A stretch of 64,000 bases of DNA from an uncultured virus (IMG/VR IMGVR_UViG_3300020256_000002) (IMGVR_UViG_3300020256_000002:1-64000); one strand, 5' to 3'. Counted from the stretch's first letter, positions 7,943-18,207 are shown. Numbers and translations are program-made. The notes: generated by a model from the letters alone, not told the origin.

Positions 7943-10099
7943 ATGTTATCTCCTTTCGTAAAACCTGCTACAGAATACGGCAGAGACCTAGGTATTCTGG
8001 ATGCGGCTATAAAAGATACAGCACATTATCTTGCCACCGTAGAGGGCATTCCTATTGAGGAAGCCATTGCATTTGTACAAAAAGAAACTGGTAAGGGCGG
8101 GAAGTTCGAAACTAAAGACCCAGCGACCCGTATCTTACTGCGGGACGAAAAGAAAGGTAGACAAAAGAAAGTTATTCCTTTCAGCCAGTTCTTGTCTGAT
8201 ATCGAAGACCAAGAATACCTGATGGCCCCTACTTTAACTAACTACATCAATCCAAATGAGAAACGTTCTATCCTCTCTGAATACATTGATGGTAACGTTG
8301 CTCAACGTAAAGTGGTTAAGAAGGCAGGTCAGAAAGACAAGGCAAATGGTGACCATGAATCAGCAGCAATCAAGCACGTATTGCAGTCTACATTTAAAAT
8401 TAAGAACAACTCTGTGTCTGGTGCTCACTTAAGTGCACATAACTCACTGTACTTGAAATCGGCTCACCCTACACTAACGTCCACGTGTCGTTCTGCAACG
8501 TCTTATTCGAATGCAAATACGGAACGTTACCTGATGGGTAATCGTCATTACCGTAATGCCGACATTGCGATTAACAACATTGTATCCGTGGTTCAGTGTA
8601 GCAACTACGATAAGATTGAAATGGCTATGTCCGCCTACAATCTACACTACCCAACTGCAGAAGAGGTAACAGATGCAGTAAGGCGTTCTACTGACCAATA
8701 TTGGCGTGCTCCAGATAGGTTTCAGCGTATTGCAGATTACATCAAAGCATTGACTCCGTTACAACGTGCTGCCTACTTATACACACAGGACTTGTATCAC
8801 CTAACGCAGTTTAATCCTGAGGTAGTACGTAGTTTTATCACGCCACTGGCAGTTAAGGCAACTACTCCAATCGATAACCCTAAAGAGTGGATTGAAAAGA
8901 TGGATGCTGACGTCACGGCTTTGATTGGCATCGTGTGTGCAGCGGAACTGAAAGGCTCTACTTGGTGGGATTTGGAGAAAGACCATCCTGAGCGATATGC
9001 GTTGGTGGCCGCACAGGTGAAACAGACCTACGAGACGTTAGAGAAGTTCTCTCTACTAATTGGTTCGTTCTGGTGCACGGATAACCCGCCACCGTCTATG
9101 GCCTACTTCCTACAGTCTATCCGTAAGACGGTAATTGTTTCAGACACCGACTCTACTATCTTTACGGTACAAGATTGGGTGAAGTGGTACAACGATGGTG
9201 ACATGGGCTTTGACGATACTTCTAACGCTGTTGGTGCGGTGATGGTATATCTTACGTCTCAGACTACCGTGCATCTACTGGCACAGCTCTCAGCGGGTAT
9301 GGGGGTTATCCCTGACCACATCCGTAAACTGGAAATGAAGAACGAATTCTTCTTCCCAGTATTATCACTGACTACTAAAGCGAAGCATTACTTTAGTTAC
9401 ATCAGTGCGTGTGAAGGTAACGTGTACGATGAACTAGAGCCTGAGTATAAAGGTGTATCGCTGAAGAACTCTAAGATTCCTAAGCACATCATGAACCGGT
9501 TTAATACCTTTACCGAAAACATTATGGATGACGTAATGGCAGGTAAGATGTTATCGCTCACTAACCTGTTAAAAGAAGTGGTGCAGATTGAAGAAGAGAT
9601 TACCAATTCACTGGTGACGGGTAAAACCGAATATCTCCAGTTCTCTGCAGTAAAAGCAATGGAGTCGTATAAGAACCCAGAAAGTTCCCCGTATCAACAT
9701 TACGAGATGTGGGATTATGTCTTTGGACCTACTTACGGCAAAGCTCCACCACCACCATACATTGGCGTGAAGTTATCTTTGGACTTACCTAACCAGACAG
9801 CGGTTAAGCTATGGTTGAGTAAGATTGAGGATAAAGAGATTGCCTACCGGATGGAAAAATGGTTGGACAGTAAATCAAAAACTGATTACAAAATTGCTTT
9901 ACTGCCACTTGAAGTCGTAAGTCAGGTGGGTGTACCTAAAGAACTGTTGTTAGCAAAGGACATTCGTAAAGTGTGTGCTACGCTGTTAGAACCGTTCATC
10001 CTGGTACTAGAGTCGTTGGGTATATTCATGAAGAATCAGTATAACTCTAAGTTACCATCTGACTTCCTGAAAGACCTACCTTTCTTAACAGGTGTATAA
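7943..10099 (+). CDS. Family B DNA polymerase, catalytic part (phiKZ gp50-like)
   Basis: Motif B KIKNNSVSG, motif C SDTDS, then KHY and KGV; no exonuclease or motif A (these are at 51640..53421). Confidence 0.88.
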   Translation: MLSPFVKPATEYGRDLGILDAAIKDTAHYLATVEGIPIEEAIAFVQKETGKGGKFETKDPATRILLRDEKKGRQKKVIPFSQFLSDIEDQEYLMAPTLTNYINPNEKRSILSEYIDGNVAQRKVVKKAGQKDKANGDHESAAIKHVLQSTFKIKNNSVSGAHLSAHNSLYLKSAHPTLTSTCRSATSYSNANTERYLMGNRHYRNADIAINNIVSVVQCSNYDKIEMAMSAYNLHYPTAEEVTDAVRRSTDQYWRAPDRFQRIADYIKALTPLQRAAYLYTQDLYHLTQFNPEVVRSFITPLAVKATTPIDNPKEWIEKMDADVTALIGIVCAAELKGSTWWDLEKDHPERYALVAAQVKQTYETLEKFSLLIGSFWCTDNPPPSMAYFLQSIRKTVIVSDTDSTIFTVQDWVKWYNDGDMGFDDTSNAVGAVMVYLTSQTTVHLLAQLSAGMGVIPDHIRKLEMKNEFFFPVLSLTTKAKHYFSYISACEGNVYDELEPEYKGVSLKNSKIPKHIMNRFNTFTENIMDDVMAGKMLSLTNLLKEVVQIEEEITNSLVTGKTEYLQFSAVKAMESYKNPESSPYQHYEMWDYVFGPTYGKAPPPPYIGVKLSLDLPNQTAVKLWLSKIEDKEIAYRMEKWLDSKSKTDYKIALLPLEVVSQVGVPKELLLAKDIRKVCATLLEPFILVLESLGIFMKNQYNSKLPSDFLKDLPFLTGV

Positions 10100-10134
10100 A
10101 GACGACATAAGTGTGGGGCTTTCACCCCACAGAC

Positions 10135-11226
10135 TTATCTTTCTTTACATAGCTGTGCGATACGCTCAAGTTCATCACGAACTAAGTTAACCGCTTGGTA
10201 GTTGCGGATACCGTTAACGCCACGGTCACGTTTAAGTTCGTATAAGAAACGTTGTAACCGTTCACGATACTGTTGGTTTACACCATCGGTTTTATCGTGT
10301 AATAATAAGAAGCGCCACAGGTGCACCTGAGATAAAGCCAGAGCCCAGCGGTTTTGGCTTGTCTCTGCCGTCTCGATTATATCTAGGAAGTATCCTAAAT
10401 CTTGGTCGAGGTCAATCTTGGTGTTCTGTAGTAGTTCAACCCAGTTAAGGTCCCGTAAGGAATTATCCTTAATCATGGAGTACTGAGCCTTAACTAAACG
10501 CGACTCGTAATCTACCACTGATATTTCTGAATCGGAGCGAACATGGTCTACATCCAAACCTTGTTTCATTCGAGTTAGGCGAACTAATTGTTTTGCCATC
10601 TGTAACGATTTGATAGCATTGGCCAGTACGTAGTTGCGAATAAATGCCGAGCGGGTTTCTTCAAGATTTTCTTTCTTGAGAAATTTTACCCATTCGCGAT
10701 ACATTATAGAGAGCATTGGCAAGTCAATTGCAATCATGGCCCAACGGTTACCATTCTCAGGTGCTTCACCTGGAATCCATGGATAACTGTCATGGTAATT
10801 ACAAGCCACAACTCTGACGGGCGTTAAGTTAATCCAATCTGCATATCCACCATTCACAAACTTACTGTTAGGTATTCTGTCAACGGAACTAATGAGAAAC
10901 TCGATGTCTCCACCATTGAGGAACTCACCTAGGTACGGTGATGCTGCCTTAGAAGCAGTTGTGATGTCATGTGCCGCACACCATTTATCGTTTAGGTCTA
11001 GGGCTGCTAAATAATGAAAGCGGATATCTGCATCGAGCATTTGTCCTGCTTGGTTTAGCATTCCTAATAACGGATGGTCGGACGCCACTACTTTACTGTT
11101 ACGGCGTTCGTAGTTGAGAACCTTCTCTAGGTTAGCTTCTAGGCCGCGCAACACGTAATCAAGTTTTGGGTACTCTACCTTAGAGACTTCAAAGTCTGGT
11201 AGGTCACCGAAGATTAAGTTTTGCAT
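10135..11226 (-). CDS. Conserved phiKZ-like protein, probably virion structural
   Basis: 363-aa ORF with AAGGA RBS; inverted gene between polymerase and chimallin, as recalled for related phages. Confidence 0.55.
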   Translation of the reverse strand: MQNLIFGDLPDFEVSKVEYPKLDYVLRGLEANLEKVLNYERRNSKVVASDHPLLGMLNQAGQMLDADIRFHYLAALDLNDKWCAAHDITTASKAASPYLGEFLNGGDIEFLISSVDRIPNSKFVNGGYADWINLTPVRVVACNYHDSYPWIPGEAPENGNRWAMIAIDLPMLSIMYREWVKFLKKENLEETRSAFIRNYVLANAIKSLQMAKQLVRLTRMKQGLDVDHVRSDSEISVVDYESRLVKAQYSMIKDNSLRDLNWVELLQNTKIDLDQDLGYFLDIIETAETSQNRWALALSQVHLWRFLLLHDKTDGVNQQYRERLQRFLYELKRDRGVNGIRNYQAVNLVRDELERIAQLCKER

Positions 11227-11290
11227 GTGTGTATCCTTGCAGGAGTAATTTAAGAGGAATCATAAATAAACTAAAAAGACGAGGTGAAAA

Positions 11291-11446
11291 ATGGATGAAG
11301 AAATAGAAGAAGCCATGAATCTCCTAAGGCGACGAGTACTCTGTAGAGAAAACTTGTCTCTGGCCGAGATTAAAGAACTCGCTGAATTGGGTGAGGAACT
11401 TAGCTACTGTATAAAGGAAAGTGTGGGAAACCTTGGGGAATCATAG
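11291..11446 (+). CDS. Small hypothetical protein (51 aa, below the ORF-track cutoff)
   Basis: GAGGTG RBS then ATG (MDEEIEEAMNLLRRR...), stop TAG. Confidence 0.45.
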   Translation: MDEEIEEAMNLLRRRVLCRENLSLAEIKELAELGEELSYCIKESVGNLGES

Positions 11447-11667
11447 CCTCAAATATTTTTTACACATCGTTCCTATATATATGTAGAGAAGCTGTGATGG
11501 CTTCCTAGGACAGTATGCCCTGTCCATCACAGCACTGTGTGCGTTTAATTTTAATCCCAAGTCGATTCAAAGGGTTTTCACATCTATATCATTCAGGTGC
11601 AATAACAGCAACGTTGCAAAGAAAACACTTTAAATAAATCGATTTAAAAACATGAAAGGAAATTGAT

Positions 11668-13563
11668 ATGTCAATTAAAGACAACAAGCAACAAAGCGGT
11701 CAAAGTGCAATGGAAGCTGCTTTCAAGAAAGCGGGTGAAACTGAGCAAGCTACTCAGAGCACTGAAGGTCGTGGCCCAGGTGGTCAACAAAAGGTACGTT
11801 CTGGCATCATCGGTGCTAACGCACGTATCCGTCGTTCAATCTCCCGTCAGGGTACTGGTAAGAACATTGCAGCTTACCAAGAAGCTTTCCAGGAAATCCT
11901 GAAGAAAGAAGGCGCTGACGAAATCAAATTCTTCGCCGTTGAGAAAGATGGTTACGGCTTACCATTCTCTCTGATTCTGGCGTGCTCTCAAATTGAGAAC
12001 ACCGTTGCAGTATCTACCCTGGTACTGGAAGAATCTGGCGAACCACTGGCACCGCGCCAAAATAACATCAACGGCACTAACGTTGAAGTTGAGCGTGTAC
12101 CTGGTGATATCCAATCTGACCGCCTGTGGGCAATTGTTCAGGAAGTACTGTCTGGTCACTTTGATGCAGGTGTTACTTTACATGAAGCCGGTTTGATTGT
12201 TATCCCTCGCGGCCTGAGCCACGAAGACGAGCCACGTCTGCACAATGTCGTATTCGACGTAAGCAACTCTAACATCGGTCTGCTTGACCGTGTACTGGGT
12301 GGCATCGAAGAGAAGTACACTGTTGCACTGTGGGACCCGCAGAACGAAACCGTATCTGCCCGTCTGGACTTCATGGCTACTAGCACTGAAACTGGTGTTG
12401 GCGAAATCGTACGTAGCGACATTCAAGTTGCTATGAAAGCTACCTCTAACCAAGGTGGTCACGATGAAGGCTGGGGTCAGCAACAGCTGATGATTTCTGA
12501 AGTAACTGGTTACATGGACCTTATCTACGTAGCGCCGCCTTCGCAGCAAAACGTATTTGGTCAGCCTATGGGTCAACCACAACAGCAAGGTCCTTGGGGA
12601 CAACAAGCTGCACCGGCGACTCAATGTTACCTGCCTCGTTTCATCATGACTGGTATCACTCACGGTCTGGACTCAGTAAGCCTGGAACTTCAACTGCAAG
12701 GCCTGGCATCAGCTGCGGTACTTGATGAAGACCACAACTGGGCTCGTGCGTTCCTGCCTAACTACAACATCAAAGGTACTGACATGCACGATATCGGTGC
12801 TGTTAAGTACGAGTGTCCAGCACTGGCGGATGTGGAAGTTGATACTAAATCAGCAGACTTCACTCCTCAGACTCTGCTTCAATTGCTTGGCGTAGCAGTA
12901 CACCCTAACATGGTATACTCTATGGATATCGCAGAAGCCGGTCCAATGAGCTGGGTACAGCACATCTTCATCGATGCTGCCTGTGGTAACCCTAAAGCGA
13001 TTGAAGCAATCGTGAATGCAGCGGACACGCTGACTAACGGTAACTTCAGCAACATGTTTAAAGGTAAGCAGTTGTTTACTGGCGACGTAACCCGTATCCA
13101 CAACGGTTACTACGTTGACGCAGAAGGCAACAAGAAAGACCTGCGCGAAATCGACTACTTGGCAATGCTGAACCTGCAAGGCGGAAGCGACCTGCAAGTA
13201 GTTACTGATTACGTGGATACGTTCACTGCAACTAACGTTCCAGAAGACTTCCGCTTACAGCGTCGTCTGAACATCCTGCGTGGTCTGCTGGGCGAAGGCT
13301 CAGTATTCGTATCTGGTTACTCTCGTCGTGTGGACTTCACTTCAGACTTCATCATGACTCTGGCAGCAGCTTGTGCAGCAGCCGGTGCAAATGTACGTCC
13401 AGAAGGTATCTACCAAGACATGACTACCGGTACTCGTCCTGCAACTAACTACCAGCGCTTTGCCTCTCAAGGTAACCAGCACTCTGGTATGTTCAACCAG
13501 CAGAACCAGTTCGGCGGTCGTGGTAACCAATACCAAAACATGAACGCACGTACCACCTGGTAA
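11668..13563 (+). CDS. chmA: Chimallin, phage nuclear shell protein
   Basis: 631 aa; codon usage typical of a highly expressed gene; Q/G-rich loop and tail; lies between the polymerase and nvRNAP beta' genes, the chimallin position in phiKZ-like phages. Confidence 0.85.
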   Translation: MSIKDNKQQSGQSAMEAAFKKAGETEQATQSTEGRGPGGQQKVRSGIIGANARIRRSISRQGTGKNIAAYQEAFQEILKKEGADEIKFFAVEKDGYGLPFSLILACSQIENTVAVSTLVLEESGEPLAPRQNNINGTNVEVERVPGDIQSDRLWAIVQEVLSGHFDAGVTLHEAGLIVIPRGLSHEDEPRLHNVVFDVSNSNIGLLDRVLGGIEEKYTVALWDPQNETVSARLDFMATSTETGVGEIVRSDIQVAMKATSNQGGHDEGWGQQQLMISEVTGYMDLIYVAPPSQQNVFGQPMGQPQQQGPWGQQAAPATQCYLPRFIMTGITHGLDSVSLELQLQGLASAAVLDEDHNWARAFLPNYNIKGTDMHDIGAVKYECPALADVEVDTKSADFTPQTLLQLLGVAVHPNMVYSMDIAEAGPMSWVQHIFIDAACGNPKAIEAIVNAADTLTNGNFSNMFKGKQLFTGDVTRIHNGYYVDAEGNKKDLREIDYLAMLNLQGGSDLQVVTDYVDTFTATNVPEDFRLQRRLNILRGLLGEGSVFVSGYSRRVDFTSDFIMTLAAACAAAGANVRPEGIYQDMTTGTRPATNYQRFASQGNQHSGMFNQQNQFGGRGNQYQNMNARTTW

Positions 13564-13587
13564 TCGCAACATGTAAATCGTGAATAA

Positions 13588-13616
13588 AGGGGGCTTCGGC
13601 TCCCTTTATTTTTTTG
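13588..13616 (+). terminator. Intrinsic terminator
   Basis: AGGGGGC-TTCG-GCTCCCT followed by a T-tract. Confidence 0.8.
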
Positions 13617-13688
13617 CCTAACTACATTTTCTACACAACGCCGTAATTTTATAGTGGGGTCTTTTTACGGATAAGAAGGAATCGTGCA

Positions 13689-13943
13689 ATGAGGCTGCAG
13701 TTGAGGTATACAGCACTAGTTGCTATTATATTCTGTTTTGCTGTACTTGGTGTGCATATCACCACCGAATCGGTCTACTTGACAGTTACCATGTTCGCTA
13801 CGGGTCTCCTAGCCGTTGTTGTGGACAGGGTAGTAATGATTGGGGAAACTGAGCCGTATACAGCACAGCGTATCCTGATTACATTAATCATCGTGTGTTG
13901 CGTTTGCATAGCGTCGCTACACTTACATCGCTTTATAACCTAA
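13689..13943 (+). CDS. Small membrane protein (about 3 TM)
   Basis: Three hydrophobic segments; middle-type promoter at 13632-13654. Confidence 0.65.
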   Translation: MRLQLRYTALVAIIFCFAVLGVHITTESVYLTVTMFATGLLAVVVDRVVMIGETEPYTAQRILITLIIVCCVCIASLHLHRFIT

Positions 13944-13972
13944 AATGTTTACTAAAATAAAAGGAAGGTAAA

Positions 13973-14272
13973 ATGGGGACTAATTTAAAATGGGTGACGG
14001 GAATAAACCGCACCGTACGTGAAATACTTCAGCCAAAATTGGCGGGGATGAATGTTGACGTGGTTGCTGAAAATTTGATGTGCGATAACGTCAAGGCAAA
14101 GGCGATTATGGATGGAACAATCGACATGACCATTTCCCACTTGGTAATTCTGTGTAAGCTGTCAGGCTTTGAGCCACATGACGTAGTAAAAGTGGCGGTA
14201 CAGCACAACGTACAAACTAACCGTGCTAAACTTAAAACGAACGTAGCAAAGGCGGATGGTGCAGATGGCTGA
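13973..14272 (+). CDS. Putative Xre/Cro-like HTH DNA-binding protein
   Basis: VVAENLMCDNVKAKAIMDG...MTISHLVILCKLSG fits an HTH_XRE-like pattern. Confidence 0.5.
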   Translation: MGTNLKWVTGINRTVREILQPKLAGMNVDVVAENLMCDNVKAKAIMDGTIDMTISHLVILCKLSGFEPHDVVKVAVQHNVQTNRAKLKTNVAKADGADG

Positions 14273-14651
14273 ACTTAAAGGTGTGGTTATTAGTCCAACG
14301 GGTAAGGAACATGCTTTACCTTCGTTAGAAGATGCAGTGCGTACACTGGTCATCGTCAGCGATGAGTTACAGAAAGAAGACTACGACAACATCCTTAAAG
14401 GGTTGAAACGTAATCCTCGCAGTAATTATCAATATAAAGGCTGGACAGTAGCTGTAGATTACACAGCAAGGCGTGCCGGAATTGGCGTAGTTGTGACGTC
14501 CCTTAGTACCAATGAACCAAGGTATTTCAGTTCTATTAAAGAATGTGCTGGAGTAATGGGAATAAAAGAAGCTAGGGTGCGTACACTCATCAACGGCTTT
14601 AGTAATACCCATGAAGGTTTTCGCTACCGGAAACAAAATGTGGGATGGTAA
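14265..14651 (+). CDS. Protein with tandem NUMOD1-like DNA-binding repeats
   Basis: YFSSIKECAGVMGI...GFRYR and PSLEDAVR...YKGWTV repeats; no nuclease domain seen. Confidence 0.55.
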   Translation: MAELKGVVISPTGKEHALPSLEDAVRTLVIVSDELQKEDYDNILKGLKRNPRSNYQYKGWTVAVDYTARRAGIGVVVTSLSTNEPRYFSSIKECAGVMGIKEARVRTLINGFSNTHEGFRYRKQNVGW

Positions 14652-14652
14652 T

Positions 14653-14904
14653 ATGATACTGAGGTCGGAAAGAAGAATAAGTTACCTGATATGGCTAGTA
14701 TCCATTGCTATAGTTATACTGGCGAACATATTTGGAATACCGGGAAAGATGAACATGTATCTAATCCTAACCTTGTTCATTGTCTGCGTGACTGATGAGT
14801 GTTGGATACATTATGATGCCTCAGGAGTTCCTATAGCAAGATTGGCCGTTGGGTTATCTACGCTATCAATATGTATAACCGTCTTCACAAATGTGGAGAT
14901 ATAA
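14653..14904 (+). CDS. Small membrane protein (about 3 TM)
   Basis: Hydrophobic; similar size and topology to 13689..13943. Confidence 0.55.
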   Translation: MILRSERRISYLIWLVSIAIVILANIFGIPGKMNMYLILTLFIVCVTDECWIHYDASGVPIARLAVGLSTLSICITVFTNVEI

Positions 14905-15004
14905 AGGTAGGGGCGAAAGCTCCTTCTTTTTTTTTTGGCTAAAAAATACGCCGTAACTTCTTTTTATGTCTGTAAACAAACTAACTATTATAAGGTTGAA
15001 AACC

Positions 15005-15382
15005 ATGAGTGATAAAGTGGTACGCGTTGTGGCCCCCAACGGCAACAAATATCCTTTGACCAATGTAGATGAGGGTGCACGTTTCATGTTCATCCTGACC
15101 AATGGTTATCTTGACATCGCGGTAGATGCACTTCGTGAAAAGTTGGAAGGTGACGAACCTACACATACTTGCGGCGGGTGGACTGTAGAAGTTGTGGAAG
15201 CAGATTTGGTTGCAGAATCAAAATCCTACACCGTTTCTAAAGGTGATGTCGTTGAAACCGTACATACCGCAGAGGCAATCGCACACATCTGTGACTGTAC
15301 AATCAATACCGTTGTTAACCGCCTGACAAAAGACCCAAGCGGTTTTACAGTGAAAGGCTGGACGGTTGCTCTGAAGAAGTAA
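15005..15382 (+). CDS. NUMOD1-like repeat protein, paralog of 14265..14651
   Basis: VVAPNGNKYPL vs VISPTGKEHAL; two GWTV-terminated repeats. Confidence 0.55.
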   Translation: MSDKVVRVVAPNGNKYPLTNVDEGARFMFILTNGYLDIAVDALREKLEGDEPTHTCGGWTVEVVEADLVAESKSYTVSKGDVVETVHTAEAIAHICDCTINTVVNRLTKDPSGFTVKGWTVALKK

Positions 15383-15444
15383 GTAAAACGTTCACAGGGA
15401 GTCTCAGGACTCCCTACTTATTTTAGCTTTCTACTTTTTTTCAG

Positions 15445-15463
15445 AGATATATTATCTAGGGGA
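15445..15463 (+). promoter_or_regulatory. Early-type promoter motif
   Basis: AGATATATTATCTAGGGGA upstream of nvRNAP beta'. Confidence 0.7.
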
Positions 15464-15498
15464 TACAGTAACCGTATAATAAATAAAAGGAGCTACAT

Positions 15499-16983
15499 AT
15501 GGGTTATCACCTCGGAGTCGTAAACCACGAAAAGGTATTTGATGATTTACCTTACACACCAGTGTTCGTGAATGACTTCTCGCCCGAAACAATAGAAGGC
15601 CGCGAAGCGCTATCGCGATTACTTACTACTACGTACGATGGAGACACAATTGAATCTGTCCCCAAATGTGCGTGTACGGACAATCCCACACGAGGGGTTG
15701 CAAACAAGGGTAAAATCTGTCCCCACTGTAATTCACCAGTCGAAGATATTTTTGGTAGCGACATCAATCCAGTAGTTTGGATTCGTCCACCGGAGTCAAT
15801 TTCGTATCTGTGTAACCCTGATATCTGGAGCATTCTGCAAGAACACTTCAGTAAGTCAGACACCAGTTTCATTTCGTGGTTTGCCAACAAGGATTACAAA
15901 TACAATCCTGAGCACCAAGCGAAAATTGATAATCTCCGTAATGCGGGCTTTGAGCGTGGCTGGGAATACTTTGTTAATAACTACAAAGATATCATTACCT
16001 ACCTACATCAGAACGACTACGGTAAAACCGGTGACTCTAAACTAGCAACACAGATTCGACGTGATGCGGTGTTTAAGTTGCTGGTGGATAACTACGACTC
16101 GACGTTTACCAAGTACTTACCAATCCCAAACCGGATTGCGTTTGTTACTGAAACAACAACGGCGGGTAAAGTAGTTGACCCTAGTCAGGTTGAGTGTCTT
16201 GATGCAATACGAGCCATCTGTAGTGTGAGCGGTGCTAATGTACCACATTCACAGCGGGTGATAGAGAACCGGGTATTCAGATTTCATGAGCAAATCTCGA
16301 ACTACTACAAGGTTAACTATAAAGACATCATTGGGCGTAAAGAAGGGATGTCGCGACACCATGTGTTCGGTTCTCGTCTAGAGTTCACAGCTCGTGGCGT
16401 TATCACATCCATCTCTAACACCCACGACTACGACGAATGTCACATGCCGTGGACAATGGCTATCGGTCTGTTTCGTATCCACATTACTAACAAACTCGAT
16501 AAACGTGGTTACACTCCACGCGAACGGTCTTACAAACTGTCGCTGGCCGCTAACCATTACGATGAAGAGATTGCAGAGATTCTGAATGAATTGATTGAAG
16601 AATCCCCTTACGCCACAATACGCAGTGGTAAGAAGGGTATTCCAATTGTTCTACAGCGTAACCCTACGTTGGACAGACTGTCTGCACAGTTATTGTACGT
16701 CACCAAATTCAAATCCGACAACCTTGAAGATAATACGATTGGTTTATCGGTATTGGTGTTGAAAGGTCCTAATGCTGACTTTGATGGGGATGCGCTTAAC
16801 TTGCTACTTATCACTGACCGGAAACTGTTTGAGCAATTCTATAACATGTCTACTCACTTGGGTATTCAGGATTTGCATAAACCGCGAAGTGTATCTGGTA
16901 TTGTAAGCATTCCAGCCCCGACATGTTCTACGCTGTGTGGTTACTTCAGTGAGCATGAAAACCTTTTAGCGGTAGGACAATAA
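15499..16983 (+). CDS. Non-virion RNA polymerase beta' N-terminal subunit (phiKZ gp55-like)
   Basis: Catalytic NADFDGD; Zn finger CAC...CPHC; RGVITS and QRNPTL conserved beta' segments. Confidence 0.92.
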   Translation: MGYHLGVVNHEKVFDDLPYTPVFVNDFSPETIEGREALSRLLTTTYDGDTIESVPKCACTDNPTRGVANKGKICPHCNSPVEDIFGSDINPVVWIRPPESISYLCNPDIWSILQEHFSKSDTSFISWFANKDYKYNPEHQAKIDNLRNAGFERGWEYFVNNYKDIITYLHQNDYGKTGDSKLATQIRRDAVFKLLVDNYDSTFTKYLPIPNRIAFVTETTTAGKVVDPSQVECLDAIRAICSVSGANVPHSQRVIENRVFRFHEQISNYYKVNYKDIIGRKEGMSRHHVFGSRLEFTARGVITSISNTHDYDECHMPWTMAIGLFRIHITNKLDKRGYTPRERSYKLSLAANHYDEEIAEILNELIEESPYATIRSGKKGIPIVLQRNPTLDRLSAQLLYVTKFKSDNLEDNTIGLSVLVLKGPNADFDGDALNLLLITDRKLFEQFYNMSTHLGIQDLHKPRSVSGIVSIPAPTCSTLCGYFSEHENLLAVGQ

Positions 16984-17041
16984 CTGACTGGGACGATGGC
17001 ATTGCGCTGTCGTCCCACTTATGTCGTTTAAGGAACAATAA

Positions 17042-17269
17042 ATGGATAAGTTTGTAAGTAAGTTGAGCAATGGTCAATGTGTAGTATTGGGCTTTGCCAT
17101 TGGCTTTGTACTAATGGGCGTCGTTCATCTATTGGGCGTTCAGATAAATTGGACTAAAGTGGAAGGACTGGTAATGGGTTTATTTCTGTCGGCTGTCTTT
17201 CTGTTTGTGGTCATGTGGTACGATGGTCGCATTAACCCGAGGAGCTGGTTCAATGGTAACAAACGATGA
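17042..17269 (+). CDS. Small membrane protein
   Basis: Two TM segments; AAGGA RBS. Confidence 0.6.
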   Translation: MDKFVSKLSNGQCVVLGFAIGFVLMGVVHLLGVQINWTKVEGLVMGLFLSAVFLFVVMWYDGRINPRSWFNGNKR

Positions 17270-17528
17270 ATTAACATTTAAAGGGTTTCCGGAACCTAAA
17301 CATTCAAGTGAAGTCAAGGCTGACCTGTGTAAATGTGGTAGTTGTGGTAAAACATTTAAAGTCAGTGAGTGTCCTACGGAAACCGAACGGGATGGTTGGG
17401 AAAACCCATCCTATCAAATTCACGAATGTCCTGAGTGTCGAGATGGCGGGGACATCAATGACTACTTCATGAGTCCAGAACGATTGGCCTTATGGGATAA
17501 ACTAAAAGAACAAGAGGGGAAGAGATGA
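17253..17528 (+). CDS. Zn-ribbon protein
   Basis: CKCGSC...CPEC; start moved to the ATG after GGAG. Confidence 0.6.
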   Translation: MVTNDELTFKGFPEPKHSSEVKADLCKCGSCGKTFKVSECPTETERDGWENPSYQIHECPECRDGGDINDYFMSPERLALWDKLKEQEGKR

Positions 17529-17736
17529 CTGCTCTACTTTATCGACTAAAACCAGCAGCGTACATCACGTTATTACTGTTGCTAGGTATTATAGGTCTAA
17601 CCGTCGGGACGGTCATAGGTCACGCCATCAGCAACTTTGCTATTGGGTTGATTCAAGGTGGTTAGTTTGTATTGTGCCTTTGCAGTATTTATCATCGTCC
17701 CGTTTTTAATGCTGTTTATTGGAAAAGAGGTAAAAG

Positions 17737-17949
17737 ATGGCGGTGAAGAAGAAAGAGAAAATAATAGATGCGGTGGTGCTACCGCATCAGTGTCCACAGT
17801 GTCCAGAATATGCAAGTACTAGACGAGAGCTAGATGATGCATTCGGAACTCGTGTGGTAGATGGTAAACGGGGTGAACGATATCGCAGGCGCATAGCGCA
17901 GAGCTGGTGTCGGGCGTGTCGCAGTAGTAGAAATACAGCCAATGAATAA
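17737..17949 (+). CDS. Small Zn-finger protein
   Basis: CPQC...FGTR...QSWCRACR. Confidence 0.6.
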   Translation: MAVKKKEKIIDAVVLPHQCPQCPEYASTRRELDDAFGTRVVDGKRGERYRRRIAQSWCRACRSSRNTANE

Positions 17950-17961
17950 CAGGAGATTGGT

Positions 17962-18207
17962 ATGCAAAAAGTACGTTATAAAGATATACGGGAACCTGCA
18001 AAGTTCTTTGAGATAGTGTTGGTGTTTACTGCACTAGGTTACATCCTTACGGAGTCATGGGGAAAAGAGTACATGGTACAGACTTACTCGATATGTATTC
18101 TTTTCTTAATCATCAAAGCTTGCATTAGAATCAATTTCCGATTCTATTCAGCACGAGTATTAGCGTCTCTGCTGGCTTCAAGTTTTATGGTGAATATCGT
18201 AACCTAA
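17962..18207 (+). CDS. Small membrane protein
   Basis: Hydrophobic segments; AGGAG RBS. Confidence 0.6.
   Translation: MQKVRYKDIREPAKFFEIVLVFTALGYILTESWGKEYMVQTYSICILFLIIKACIRINFRFYSARVLASLLASSFMVNIVT

Noticed and set aside
11959..13572. Multiple antisense ORFs inside chimallin and other long genes
   Set aside because: Expected by-product of strong codon bias on the sense strand; no RBS or promoter support noticed
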